Shown here one piece after another: positions 32,340 through 45,727 of a DNA stretch of 64,000 bases. The DNA is taken from assembly GCF_009914755.1 (NCBI RefSeq), contig NC_060932.1; one strand, given 5' to 3'. The notes below the pieces were generated by a model that saw nothing but the letters and a program-made list of their open reading frames with translations, had not been told where the DNA came from and did not search any database. The translations under genes were made by a program, and so were the position numbers. Every line of letters starts with the position of its first letter. Positions within the stretch are counted from its first letter, which is position 1. Source of the DNA: the human T2T-CHM13v2.0 reference genome, Homo sapiens.

Positions 32340-35100
32340 TTCTCTGCCAAGTTGTCAGTCACCCTGAGGGTGTGACAAACTAACTGGCTTGGGGTTGCTC
32401 TTAAGAGAAAGAATGGCACATCATGCCCAGGAACGATAAGGGAGAATCCCCAGTTTTTGAAATTTTCCAGATAAGTCCATATCACATTCTACACCATCCA
32501 TCCTCACAGTGACCCAGTAAACAGCCTGGACGACATAATTCCCATTTGGGAACAGCTCTTGTAATAGTCAGGTGTGTGGACCAGCAGAAAATGAGGGAAG
32601 CAGAGTCAGATGAGCAGGTCAGTACTGAGTATCTTCTGCAATGAAGGCAAGTCATTAACAAACTGATTGGGAAAGCCAAGCACATCACAGAAGTCAAAGG
32701 AAACCAAATTCATTCTTGGGTAAAGGAGATTTCATTCAATAAGTAAGGGGACTATTGCAAAAGAGAAAATGAAGACCTGCAAGCATCTCAAAGGCCAGGT
32801 GGAAGAGGGCTTTTTTTTTTTTTTTCGTGGGGCAGAGTAATCACGGCTAGAAAGAACTAGCAGTGGCAGGTGGGATTAGCAGTGGCAGGTGGGATGAGCC
32901 CGTGGCCTGAGGGGACAGTTTGTCTGGGAATGTTTTTGGGTTGTTCTGTGTTCATTGCTCAATGGTGGGACAGAGTTCAGCACTGGGGGAAGGAGAGAAG
33001 CCTGACCACAGATGAAGCCAGTCAAGTTCACCAGTACTTTGTTCATCCAGATTGTCAGCAGGACAAACAGTGCAGCTAATCATGCCCAACAGATGGACAC
33101 GGGAAGGGGCTCTGTCTAGCCTTGTCATAGGTACACAAGGGGGGCATTGAGTCTTATCTGAGTCACATGGGAAGGGGGGCGTTTTATAGTAACCTGTTTC
33201 TCTCAACACAAAAGGGTGGGCAGGGTGGGGGTGGGTTCTTTCCAAAGGCACAGGGTTCAGGTAAAGCTCAACATTGTCACAGATTAGTTTCAAAAGCCAC
33301 ATCAGCATGGCTGAGCCTTCTAACCAGCAACCAGGGTTGGCGGTTGTCACAGAGCTCTGACAGCATGTGGGCAGGACATACCCTCCATGCCATGTGGATT
33401 TCCCCAGCTGGAGGCAAGCAGTGATTGTCTCAGTCTGGCATGCAGTGATAGCCTCTGTGTCAAAAACTCCAAGCCTTCCTTTGTGCCTGTGTCCAGAGCA
33501 GGGACAAATCCAGGAGTGATGGCAGCAATTAGTAGTAGTGCAGATCTTTCCAGGTGTGATTCCAACCAGTCCCCTATAGCATGAGCCTGAGGGCAGCTAT
33601 GTGAGTGATCCAGACAGTGGTTGGTAGTCACAATCCAGTTCCACAGTCTATGGCCCAGAAAATGGTATTGTTAACCTGCAGCAGTCAATCCAAAAGTCTG
33701 AGCTCTGCCCACTGAGCAAAGCAAATATGTCTTCTTTCAGCTTGATGTTGCTAGACAACTGGAGCATTCACATGGCATTTCAGCTTAGCCAAATGTCATT
33801 ATACTGGGCCTACACATTTAGGGGACCTCTGTGAATTGAGGATCCCATTGAGTCAGAAGCTTTGCTTCAGGCAAAGGAGTAGAAGATTAAGTTTCCCCAC
33901 AGGAAAAGCTATGCCTCTCTAATGAAAAGCTGAGATGCCACTGGGGACAGGCCAGCAGATTCTTAACTGTACCATGCCCAATTGACAGATAGGGTTCTTT
34001 GAACCCTTTCCACCTATCAGAAGTAGAGTCCAAAAAGAGCCATCTCAAAAATGGCATGGCAGGCCAGAGACACCCGATCTCTGAGTTAGGCATCCATTTT
34101 CCCATGAGCTCTGAGTCAAGGCCATGGCTGCTTTCCAAGAGTGAATCTAGTGGCCGTGTTGGATCCCTAAGTCCAGAACTCCAATGAAGTTCCTCCACCT
34201 GGAGACTGCCTGCTTTTGCACGCTGCCCACTTTGTTCAAAGACTCAGATCAACAAAGATCCTCATCAGTTACAGACTTGTTCTGTTTCCAGTACTCATGG
34301 TCCAAGAAGGTGAGATGGATAAGGTAGACTCGACCATCTACCATGGCAAATGGCTGAAAGGCCATCGCTCAAACACTATAGGTTACATTCAGCATTTCTG
34401 GGGTTACAACCACAGTTTCCAGAGGTCTGGTTGTCTCTCAGCAGGAGGTGAGGGAATGGGTGGCTGGGGTTTCTGGAGCAGCCACTGAGACTCTGTTCTT
34501 TATGCCTCCTCATCTGTGTACTTCCAAGTGTCTAGAGAATACCTGGGCCCACAGACTCTTCCATGGACCCCTTTACATCCCTCCCAGTCCCATCCTATAT
34601 TCCTCCACCTCTCTACCCACCATATCTTTTATTTTTTGGATGCCTGTATTCAACATAGCTATAAACATCCTAGTCTCTCCACTTCCCGCAGTTCAACAGC
34701 ATTCAAGGATGGGTATATTGGTCTTCTTGGGGTTAGGAGACCTTGACCAGACTTAGCCCTAATCTTTCCAGCAGCAGAGATCAGGGTGGAGGAAGACCAC
34801 AGTTCTTGGGGGATGGGAGAGTGTCTCTCCACACCATTGACCTGTGGAGCAAGATGCAGCCCTGTTGTGGGAACTCCTGGACCCTTCTTCAAGACTCCTG
34901 AGTGATAGGCAACAAGCAAAGGGATTCCATTGTTTTCAGTCCACTCAGAACTCAACTCTGGGGACTCTTGGACCCATCCTTCTCTTGCCTGGAAGAGAGA
35001 GCGAAAACAAAAAAGGACCATTTTTGGTCCCAGGAACTGGGAGCTGTTTCAACCCTGCTCCCAGTTCCTGGGCAATCACCTTATAACAGGCATCTTTTCA
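32340..35100 (-). mobile_element. Ancient ERVL/MaLR-type internal region (MLT1-int-like) with degenerate pro, tether, RNase H and integrase remnants
   Basis: Manual - strand translation gives MFIAMLNTGIQ (34636-34668), PAMPFLRWLFLDSTSD (~34020-34065), AQWAEL (33700-33717), VWITHI (33598-33615), DTEAITACQT (33432-33461), HMAWRVCPAH (~33365-33395) and CDVLGFPNQ (~32663-32689), in retroviral pol order. Confidence 0.7.
32692..33281 (-). mobile_element. Solo LTR, ERV1 class (MER4-group-like), inserted in the ERVL/MaLR internal region
   Basis: On - begins TGTGACAATGTTGAGCTTTACCTGAACCCTGTG and ends ...tttcctttgac; host sequence resumes on both sides. Confidence 0.6.
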
Positions 35101-36019
35101 TATCATGGTAGGTGGGAGGGAGACAGCAAGGAAAAAGTGGGATTCTGGGATTCTACTGATGAAAAATAAGAATTCAATGAATGCAATTTTATTCCATCAA
35201 GGTTCATTAGTGCCCAGAATGTATAATAGTGCTGTCTGGAGTTTTCCATCCTCTTAAAGTGGATGGAGACAGATGTTGCAGCAGGAAAGCAGACAAAAGT
35301 TAGTGGAGGCTTGGGTAACCCGCGGGGCTCATGTTTTCCTTGGGCCTAAGATAGCTTTGAAAGACTTTGATTCTATTTCTTCACAAGCAGCACAAGCTCT
35401 TTGCAGGGTGCTGGCAAGGAGGAGGATAGTGGGTGAAGAAGAAGAGCAGAGTTAACACAGCATAGCTTTCAGAGGAAGAAATTTTATTTGAAGATTTAAA
35501 AGGTAAAGTGTTCATTTAACTAGAAAGCAATGCAATGTTAGTTTTTTTTTAATTGATTATTTTAAACACTCCTAGAAGAAATGGGTATGCACTTTTGGGA
35601 TTAGACATGAACTGTCTAAGGAATTTCCTGCTTGCAGGAAGCTTTCTATTATTCTTGGACCTGCTTGGATACTTTTAGCTGATGTTACAAACAAACTATT
35701 AGAAGATTTGAGACTCTCAGCTTTAAAACGGCTCATTTATTCACTCAAGAAATATTTCATGTGACAAATCCACATGAAACAATCATGTACATTAAATATT
35801 AAGGTACAGACTGTGATTTTTTTAAAGATACAAACAGTAAATCATCTTATTGTGTGCCAAATCCTGTTTCTAGGAATGCTATGTGGAATTTGTACTTGTA
35901 GAGTAACTTTATATTCAATACCTCCTCCTACCAGTGGAATATAGGCACAACAAGGTGAGACTAATCACCCATAAACAAGTCTTTCCCTGAGTCGCTATCC
36001 TATTAAAAAAACCCAAAAT

Positions 36020-36330
36020 GTCTGGGTGCTGTGGCTCATGCCTGTAATCCCAGCACTTTGGGTGGCTGAGGCAAGAGGATCCCTTTAACTCAAGAGTTTG
36101 AGACCAGCCTGGGCAATATAGCAAGACTCTGTCTCTAAAAAAATTAAAAATTATCTAGACATGGTGGTGCATGCCTGTAGTCCCAGCTACTCAAGAGGCT
36201 GAGGCAAGAGGATCACTTGATCCCAGGAGGTGAAGGCTGCAGGGATTGTGCCACTGCTCTCCAGCCTGGGAGAGACAGTGAGATCCTGTCTCTAAAACAA
36301 AAACAAAAACAAAAAACAAAACAAAGCAAA
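36020..36330 (+). mobile_element. AluJ
   Basis: Diverged dimer with AluJ features (cctgggcaatatagcaagac); (CAAAA)n tail; imperfect TSD aaaaaa(a/t)ccaaa(a)tg. Confidence 0.9.
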
Positions 36331-37644
36331 AAATCCAAATGACTCTTTTCCTTTCTTTTCATGTATTAAATTCCAAACTTTTCTGCCTATTTTTCAGGCA
36401 ACCATCTAAAATCTAGTCTGTGCGATCTTTTACCAAACCATGTATTTTATTCTGCCTCTGGGCTGGACAAAGTAAAATCCTTGTTGCTCCACAACTGGTA
36501 TATTAATGACTACCTACAGTCATATGGGGGTCCTCTGTCTCCTCTTAAACACAATTGCCTACTAGATTTGGGTGAAATCCTAACTGTTTAATGTTTATTT
36601 CAACCCATGTATTATCTCTCACTCCTCTGAACAAAGATATGGCTTACAGTTTGTATCTTTAAAAAATTGCAGTCTGTTATTAAAATTTAATATACCTGGT
36701 TGTTTCGCATGTATTTGTCTTGCCTTTCCTGAGAGCAACCACAGATCACAGATCATGTATGAACTTTTCTTTAGAGCTTACAAATAATCAGGTGATTTAG
36801 GTAGATCACTCTCCACTGATCATAGGCACAGAAAATTTAAACACTATTTCACAGTTTAAGGAGGGCAGCCCTGGTCTTTTTAGTCCTTTTATCACATTAT
36901 GACTTTCTGTTACTCGCATCCAATAACAGTGACCATAGTTTCTAATTCAAAAATTAAAGCTCCTGGCTTGATAAATGGCTTATGTGCCACAATGGGGACT
37001 GAGAGGCAATTGAGTCATAAAATAGTGGAAATTCTAGTACATCTAGTACATATTTATGTCTTATGGGGACAATACAGTAACACATTTCAACTTGAAACTG
37101 CTCCCAATAGAAAACTTGCACTTGGTAATTGCTAAATATATTTGAATGGAATTGATGAAATCAAAATAGATAAAGACAATCTGGGCTGTGGCCTCTGGTT
37201 TTCCACAGTCACCATAACTCTGTTGCCTCCAGCATCAGCACCCAGATTAGAGTGCAGTCCCCTAACAGTGGGTAGGAAGGAAAACACAGTCGGCTATGAC
37301 TTACACACCCAAGATTAGATTTTTCCAGTACAACTCGGTGGTTCCAGCATTCTCTGCTCACTTGTCTTTATGATTCTTATTTCAACGTTTCCTCCCAGGG
37401 ACTCTGGTTTCTGCTAACATCCTGGGCACTGAGCTATGAGGATTCCACAGATAGAATCCCACAGAAGCCAAGTGCTCTAACATGCAGAGATCACTGGGAC
37501 AGGAGAGTTGGAATGTTAAGAAAATCTCTCATGAGGCATCTGGGAGCTGAGCATGGTGGTAATTGTGCACAAAGACCAGGTCTAACTGCCTCCCAGCAGT
37601 GACTGAAGCTTCTCAAATGGGAGACTGGAGGGTCCAGCCCAAGG

Positions 37645-37726
37645 CTGAAGCACCAGAGTTCTTCTAAGGATAATAAACTCATTCACTGAAGCACCAGAGT
37701 TCTGCTAAGGATAATGAACTCACTCA
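37645..37726. repeat. 41-bp tandem duplication (2 copies)
   Basis: ctgaagcaccagagttct(t/g)ctaaggataat(a/g)aactca(t/c)tca twice. Confidence 0.9.
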
Positions 37727-39149
37727 CTTAGTCTCACTGGAGAGGAGGTTTGTGATTATGAACAATTTCCCCTGACATTTGGCCACAAAATGATGTCCAA
37801 ATATTTATGAAGTTTGTGTTTCCCACTACATAGTTCCTATCACAAAATTGTACTCTAACAATATGCCCAGGAATACCTGTAAGTCTGCAGAAAGATCTAA
37901 CAATGTTTTCTATTCATGCAGCCTCAATAAAGGGGAGACTTAAGGTCAACAATCTGATTTCAGTCTGTTGAAATTCTTTGCATTACAAACTTTAAAATTC
38001 TCTTTTTATTTTCTGTTCTTTTTCCATTTTCTTTCTTTTGTAAGAAAGTAATCATGATTTGAGTATGACAACTTAACTTTATGCTTTTTGTGTACTATTC
38101 ATCAAGGCTGAATTCCAGATGTAATATGCTTGGAGGAAAACATCCTTTAAATCCTTCTATGAGTCATCTTATAATTTAAAAGTATTGATAATCTTTATTG
38201 TAATTCATTTACTGTTTTATGCCTTGTCATATGATGATAGAACATTCAGGCCAGCAGGCTAAACTATGGCAGAGATTATTCAAAATGCAAGGGTTTCCAG
38301 ATAATAATTAACTAACCATGCCAATGCTAAATTACTTTTTCTTTTAAGGTTTTACCAGTTTGGCCACATATGAGGAATGAGTGAGCATAGTTATGAGGAT
38401 GATAGATCAAATCACCTAAGCATATGGAAAGCTTATTATGTTTGGCACCAGCTGATTCACTAGTGTATAAATTTCAGTCTTCACTCCGTTTCATAATGGA
38501 GGGTGATATGTCCTGGAGAGATAGTCATCACAAATCATCTTTTCTTGACCTACAAAAATTAACTTGATTTTAGAAAAATTTAAGAGGGCTAAATCTGTAA
38601 ATATTACAATTTTGCCTTCCCTGTATATTCGGTATGTTCACATCAATACAAAGCATTTGACTCTGTGGCTTGTGCTGTTGTAATGTTCTTGACCACGCTA
38701 ATGCACTTATGGCAAACTGAAACCACAGCTTCCATGTTGAAATTTCACAGTGTATTTTGGGGAGCAGATAAATGTAACATGGTCCCCTGAACCGAGTTTA
38801 TACGATGCCATAATTAATTGATCCTTTCAGACACTGAGAAAACTTAAGTAATAAACAAAAACTATTACATTGCTACTAAAGGACTATAAAGTCAAATGAG
38901 ATGGTAATCACTGGATAGTGAATTACTTAATTTCTTTTTTTTATTATAATACTTTAAGTTCTGGGGTACATGTGCACAACGTGCAGGTTTGTTACATAGG
39001 TATACATGTACCATGGTGGTTTGCTGCATCCATCAACCCATCATCTGCATTAGGTATTTCTCCTAATGCTATCCCTCCCCTAGCCCCCTACCCCCTGACA
39101 TATCCCGGTGTGTGATGTTCCCCTTCCTGTGTCCATGTATTCACATTGT

Positions 39150-42100
39150 TCAACTCCTGCTTATAAGTGAGAACATGTGGTGTTTGGTTTTCTGTTCCTG
39201 TGTTAGTCTACTGAGAATGATGGTTTCCAGCTTCAACCATGTCCCTGCAAAGGATATGAATTCATCCTTTTTTATGGCTGCATAGTATTCCATGGTGTAT
39301 ATGCTTCACATTTGCTTTATCCAGTTTATCACTGACGGGCATTTGGGTTGGTTCCAAGTCTTTGCTATTGTGAATAGTGCTGCAATAAACATACATGTGC
39401 ATGTGTCTTTATAGTAGAATGATTTATAATCCTTTGGGTATATACCCAGTAGTGCAATTGCTGGGTCAAATGGTATTTCTTGTTCTAGATACTTGAGGAG
39501 TCACCATGCTGTCTTCCACAATGGTTGAACTAATTTACACTCCCATCAACAGTGTAAAGCATTTCTATTTCTCCACATCCTCTCCAGCATCTGTTGTTTC
39601 CCGACTTTTTAATGATCGCCACTCTAACTGGAGTGAGATGGTATCTCATTGTGATTTTGATTTGCATTTCTCTAATGACCAGTGATGATGAGCTTTTTTT
39701 CATACATTTGTTGGCTGCATAAATGTCTTCTTTTGAGAAGTGTCTATTCATATACTTTGCCCACTTTTTGATGAGGTTTTTTGTTTTTTTCTTGTAAATT
39801 TGTTTAAGCTTCTTGTAGATTCTGGATATTAGCACTTTGTCAGATGGATAGATTGCAAAAATTTTCTCCCATTCTGTAGGTTGCCTGTTCACTCTGATGA
39901 TTGTTTCTTTTGCTGAGCAGAAGCTCTTTAGTTTAATTAGATACATTTTGTCTATTTTGGCTTTTGTTGTAACTGCTTTTGGTGTTTTAGTTGTGAAGTC
40001 TTTGCCCATGCCTATGTCCTGAATGGTATCGCCTAGGTTTTCTTCCAGGGTTTTTATGGTTTTAGGTCTTATGTTTAAGTCTTTAATCCATCTTGAGTTA
40101 ATTTTTGTATAAGGTGTAAAGAAAGGGTCCAGTTTCAGTTTTCTGCATATGGCTAGCCAGTTTTCCCAACACCATTTATTAAATAGGGAATCCTTTCACC
40201 ACTGGTTGTTTTTGTTAGGTTGGTCAAAGATCAGATGGTTGTAGATGTGTAGTGTTATTTCTGAGGCCTCTGTTCTGTTCCAATGGTCTATGTATCTGTT
40301 TTGGTACCAGTACCATGCTGTTTTGGTTACTGTAGCTTTGTAGTACAGTTTGAAGTCAGGTAGCGTGATGCCTCCAGCTTTGTTCCTTTTGCTTAGGATT
40401 GTCTTGGCTATACAGTCTCTTTTTTGGTTCCATATGAAATTTAAAGTAGTTTTTTCCAATTCTATGAAGAAAGTCAATGGTAGCTTGATGGGAATAGCAT
40501 TGAATCTATATATTACTTTAGGAAGTATGGCCATTTTCATGATATTGATTCTTCCTATCCATGAGCATGAAATGATTTTCCACTTATTTGTGTCCTCTCT
40601 TATTTCCTTGAGCAGTGTTTTATAGTTCTCCTTGAAGAGGTCCTTCACATCCCTTGTAAGTTGTATTCCTAGGTATTTTATTCTCTTTGTAGCAATTGTG
40701 AATGGGAGTTCACTCATGATGAGGCTTTCTGTTTGTCTGTTATTGGTGTATAGGAATGCTTGTGAGTTTTGCACATTGATTTTGTATCCTGAGACTTTGC
40801 TGAAGTTGCTTATCACCTTAAGGAGATTTTGGGCTGAGACGATGGAGTTTTCTAAATATACAATCATGTCATCTGCAAACAGACAATTTGACTTCCTCTC
40901 TTCCTATTTGAATACCCTTTATTTCTTTCTCTTGCCTGATTGCCCTGGCCAGAACTTCAAATACTATGTTGAATAGGAGTGGTGAGAGAGGACATCCTTG
41001 TCTTGTGCTGGTTTTCAAAGGGAATGCTTCCAGTTTTTGCCCTTTCAGTATGGTATTGGCTGTGGGATTGTCATAAATAGCTCCTATTATTTTGAGATAC
41101 GTTCCATCAATGCCTAGTTTATTGAGAGTTTTTAGCATGAAGGACTGTCGAATTTTGTCAAAGGCCTTTTTGTCATCTATTGAGATAATCATGTGGTTTT
41201 TATCATTGGTTCTATTTATGTGATGGATTATGTTTATTGATTTGCATATGTTGAACCAGCCTTGCATCCCAGGGATGAGGCCGACTTGATCGTGGTGGAT
41301 AAGCTTTTTCATGTGCTGCTGGATTCAGTTTGCCAGTATTTTATTGAGGATTTTCGCATTGATGTTTATCAGGAATATTGGGCTGAAATTTTCTTTTTTT
41401 TGTTGTGTCTCTGCCAGGTTTTGGTGTCAGGATGGTGCTGGCATCATAAAATGAGTTAGGTAGGATTCCCTCTTTTTCTATTGTTTGGAATAGTTTCAGA
41501 AGGAATGGTACCAGCTCCTCCTTGTACATCTGGTAGAATTCGGCTGTGAATCCTTCTGGTCCTGGACTTTTTTTGGTTGGTAGGCTATTAATTACTGCCT
41601 CAATTTCAGAATTTGTTATTGGTCTATTCAGTGATTTGATTTCTTCCTGGTTTAGTCTTGGGAGGGAGTATGTGTCCAAGAATTTATCCATTTCTTCTAG
41701 ATTTTCTAGTTTATTTGTGTAGAAGGGTTTATAGTATTCTCTGAAGGTAGTTTAGATTTCTCTGGGATGGGTAGTGATATCCCCTTTATCATTTTTTATT
41801 GCGTCTATTTGATTCTTTGCTCTTTTTTTCTTTATTAGTCTGGTTAGTGGCCTATGTATTTTGTTGATTTTTTTCAAAAAACAAGCTTCTGGATTCATTG
41901 ATTTTTCGAAGGGTTTTTCGTGTCTCTATCTCCTTCATTTCTGCTCTGATCTTAGTTATTTCTTGTCTTCTGCTAGTTTTTGAATTTGTTTGCTCTTGCT
42001 TCTCTAGTTCTTTCAATTGTGGTATTAGGGTGTCGATTTTGGATCTTTTCTGCTTTCTCTTGTGGGCATTGAGTGCTATAAATTTCCCTCTACACAATGC

Positions 42101-42973
42101 TTTAAATGTGTCCCAGACATTCTGGTACGTAGTGTCTTTGTTCTCATTAGTTTCAAAGAGCATCTTTATTTCTGCCTTAATTTCGTTACTTACCCAGGAG
42201 TCATCCAAGAGCAGGTTGTTCAGTTTCCACGTAGTTGTGTGGTTTTGAGTGAGTTTTTTAATCCTGCATTCTAATTTGATTGCACTGTGGTCTGAGAGGC
42301 TGTTATGATTTCCATTCTTTTGCATTTGCTGAGGAGTGTTTTACTTCCAATTATGTGGTCAGTTTTCGAATAAGTGTGATGGGGAGCTGAGAAGAATATA
42401 TATTCTGTTGATTTGGGGTGGAGAGTTCTGTAGATGTCTATTAGGTCTGCTTGGTCCAGAGCTGAGTTCAAGTCCTGAATATCCTTGTTAATTTTCTGTC
42501 TCATTGATCTGTCTAATGTTGATGGTGGGGTGTTAAAGTCTTCCACTATTATTGTATGGGAGTCTAAGTCTCTTCATAGGCCTCTAAGAACTTGCTTCAT
42601 GAATCTGTGTGATCCTGTGTTGGGTGCCTATATATTTAGGATAGTTAGCTCTTGTTGTTGCATTGATTCCTTTACTATTATGTAATGCCTTTCTTTGTTT
42701 ATTTTGATCTTTGTTGGTTTAAAGTCTGTTTTATTAGAGACTAGGATTGCAACCCCTGCTTTTTCTTGCTTTCCATTTGCTTGGTAAATATTCCTCTATA
42801 CCTTTATTTTGAGCCTATGTGTGTCTTTGCACATGAGATGGGTCTCCTAAATAAAGCACACTGATGCTGACTTGACTCTTTATCCAATTTGCCAGTCTGT
42901 GTCTTTTAATTGGGGCATTTAGCCCATTTACATTTAAGATTAATATTGTTATCTGTGAATTTGATCCTGTCAT
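39150..42973 (-). pseudogene. L1 ORF2 (endonuclease/RT), multiply frameshifted
   Basis: Starts ATGACAGGATCAAATTCA; fragments DFNTP...[44 protein letters not shown]. Confidence 0.92.
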
Positions 42974-43036
42974 TATGATGCTAGCTGATTATTTTGCCTG
43001 TTAGTTGATGCAGTTTCTTCATAGTATCTATGGTCT

Positions 43037-44057
43037 TTACAATTTGGTATGTTTTTGCAGTGGCTGATACCAGTTGCTCCTTTACATGTTTAGTGCTTCC
43101 TTTAGGAGCTCTTGTAGGGCAGGCCTGTTGAGGACAAAATCTCTCAACCTTTGCTTGTCTCTAAAGGATTTTATTTCTCCTTTGCTTATGAAACTTAGCT
43201 TGGCTGGATATTAAATTCTGGGCTGAAAATTCTTTTCTTTAAGAATGTTGAATATTGGCCTCTACTCTCTTCTTGCTTGTAGGGTTTCTGCAGAGAGATC
43301 CACTGTTAGCCTGATGGGCTTCCCTTTGTTGGTAAGCCGACCTTTCTCTCTGACTGCCCTTAACATTTTTTCCTTCATTTCAACCTTGGTGAATTTGACA
43401 ATTATGTGTCTTGGGGTTGCTTTTCTCGAGGAGTATCTTTGTGGTGTTCCCTGTATTTCCTGATTTGAATGTTGGCCTGTCTTGCTAGGTTGTGGAAGTT
43501 CTCCTGGATAATATCCTGAAGAGTGTTTTCCAACTTGGTTCCATTCTCCCTGTCACTTTCAGGTACACCAATTAAACGTAGATTTGGTTTTTTCACATAG
43601 TCTCATATTTCTTGGAGGCTTTGTTCATTCCTTTTGATTCTTTTTTCTCTAATGTGTTCATGCTTTATTTCATTCTGTTGATCTTCAATCTCTGATATCC
43701 TTTTTTCTGGTTGGTTGATTTGGCTATTGATACTTGCATATGCTTCACAAAGTTCTCATGCTGTGTTTTTCAGCTCCATCAGGTAATTTATGCTCTTCTC
43801 TAAACCGGTTATTCTAGTTAGCAATTCATCTAATCTTTTTTCAAGGTTCTTAACTTCCTTGCATTGAGTTAGAACATGCTCCTTTGCTCAGAGGAGTTTG
43901 CTATTACCCACCTTCTGAATCCTATTTCTGTCAATTTGTCCAACTTATTCTCTGTCCAGTTTTGTTCCCTTACTGGCGAGGAGTTGTTATCCTTTGATGG
44001 AGTAGAGGCCTTCTGGTTTTTGGAATTTTCAGCTTTTTTGGGCTAGTTTCTCATCAT
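43037..44057 (-). pseudogene. L1 ORF1, disrupted
   Basis: KKPNLRLIGVPESDRENGTKLENTLQDIIQENF (ORF 43402..43596). Confidence 0.88.
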
Positions 44058-45727
44058 CTTTGTGAATTTATCTACTTTTGGTCTTTGATGTTGGTGACCT
44101 TTGTATGGGGTCTCTGAGTGGACTTCCTTTTTGTTGATATTGATGCTATATCTTTCTGTTTGTTAGTTTTCCTTCCAACAGTCTGGCCCTCTGCTGCTGG
44201 TCCGCTGGAGTTTGTTAGAGGTCCACTCCACACCCTATTTGCCTGGGTAATACCAGTGGAGGCTGCAGAACAGCAAAGATTTTACAGCCTGTTTCTTCCT
44301 CTGGAAGCTTCGTCCCAGAGGGGCACCCACCAGATGCCAGCCAGAGCTCTTCTGTATGAGGTGTCTGTCGGCCCCTACTGGGAGTTGTGTCCCAGTCAGG
44401 ATACATGGGTGTCAGAGACCCACTTGAAGAGGCAGTCTGACCCTTAACAGAACTCAAATGCTGTGCTGGGAGATCCGCTGCTCTCTTCAGAGCTGTCAGG
44501 CAGGGACGTTTAAGTCTGTGGAAGCTGTGCCCACAGCCGCTCCTTCCTCCAGGTGCTCTGTCCCAGGGAGATGGGGGTTTTATCTGTAAGCCCCTGACTG
44601 AGGCTGCTTCCTTTTTTTCAGAGATGCCCTACCCAGAGAGGAGGAATCTAGACAGACAGTCTGGCCACAGCAGCCTTGCTGAGCTATGGTGGTCTTCTCA
44701 CAGTTCAAACTTCCTGGCGGCTTTGTTTACACTGTGAGGGTAAAACTGCCTACTCAAGCCTCAGCAATGGCGGAAGCCCCTCCCCAACCAAGCTCAAGCA
44801 TCCCGGGTTGACCTCAGACTGCTGTGCTGGCAGTGAGAATTTCAAGCCAGTGGATCCTTAGCTTGCTGGGCTCTGTGAGGGTGGGACCTGGTGAGCCAGA
44901 CTACTTGGCTCCCTGCCTTCAGCCCCCTTTCCAGGGGAGTAAATGGTTCTGTCTTGCTGGAATTCCAGGAGCCACTGGGATATGGCAAAAAAAAAAAAAA
45001 AAAAAACTCCTGCAGCTAGCTCAGTGTCTGCCCAAATGGCCACCCAGTTTTGTTCTTGAAACCCAGGGCCCTGGTGGCATAGACACTGGAGGGAATCTCC
45101 TGGTCTGCAGGTTGTGAAGACTGGGAAAAGCACAGTATCTGGGCTGGAGTGCACCATGCCTCACGATACAGTTCCTCATGGCTTCCCTTAGGTAGGGGAG
45201 AGAATTCCCCATCCCCTTGCACTTCCTGTGTGAAGTGATGCCCCATCCTGCTTCAGCTCACCCTCCATGGGCTTCACCCAGTGTCCAACCAGTCCCAGTA
45301 AGATGAACTGGGTACCTCAGTTGGAAATGCAGAAATCACCCACCTTCTGGGTTGATCTCGCTGGGAGCTACAGACTGGAGCTGTTCCTATTCGGCTATTT
45401 TCTACTTAATTTCAATCTTTGTAATTGGCTTTATTTTAGATCTTTGTAAGTAGGTGGTACCATAGGAGACTCTTAATGGCTTGAGAAAAGAAAGGAAGCA
45501 TGGAGATAAAACTACAGCTCTCCAGCTACCATTAAAGATTGTAGTCCACATGACTTTCCTTCACTAGATAATAGCTCTGAGATCTGGGACTGTGAGCTAT
45601 TTATGACAGAGGTGTGTGTGTTGTGTGGTGATCCCCAAGTGTGCATGCTCGGTCACCTGAAGACTGTACATGCTGAAAAATTATAGAGTCCCACCCCTTA
45701 ACCTGCTATGTAAGATGATACAGGGCT

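Larger units (their letters stand above)
38935..45402 (-). mobile_element. Full-length L1 (L1PA7-like, ~6.47 kb), inactive
   Basis: 5'UTR start (aaatagccgaataggaacagctccagtctgtagctcccagc on -), ORF1, ORF2, 3'UTR and poly(A); TSD TACTTAATTTC at 38924-38934 and 45403-45413; endonuclease-type site TTTC/AA. Confidence 0.96.

Noticed and set aside
32870-35455. ORF-dense region as a possible gene or processed pseudogene
   Set aside because: Better explained by degenerate ERVL/MaLR pol motifs on - plus an inserted LTR; no poly(A)/TSD or coherent cellular ORF.
37645-37726. Two unrelated tandem duplications both ~41 bp (here and 51099-51180)
   Set aside because: No sequence similarity between them; equal length is most simply coincidence.
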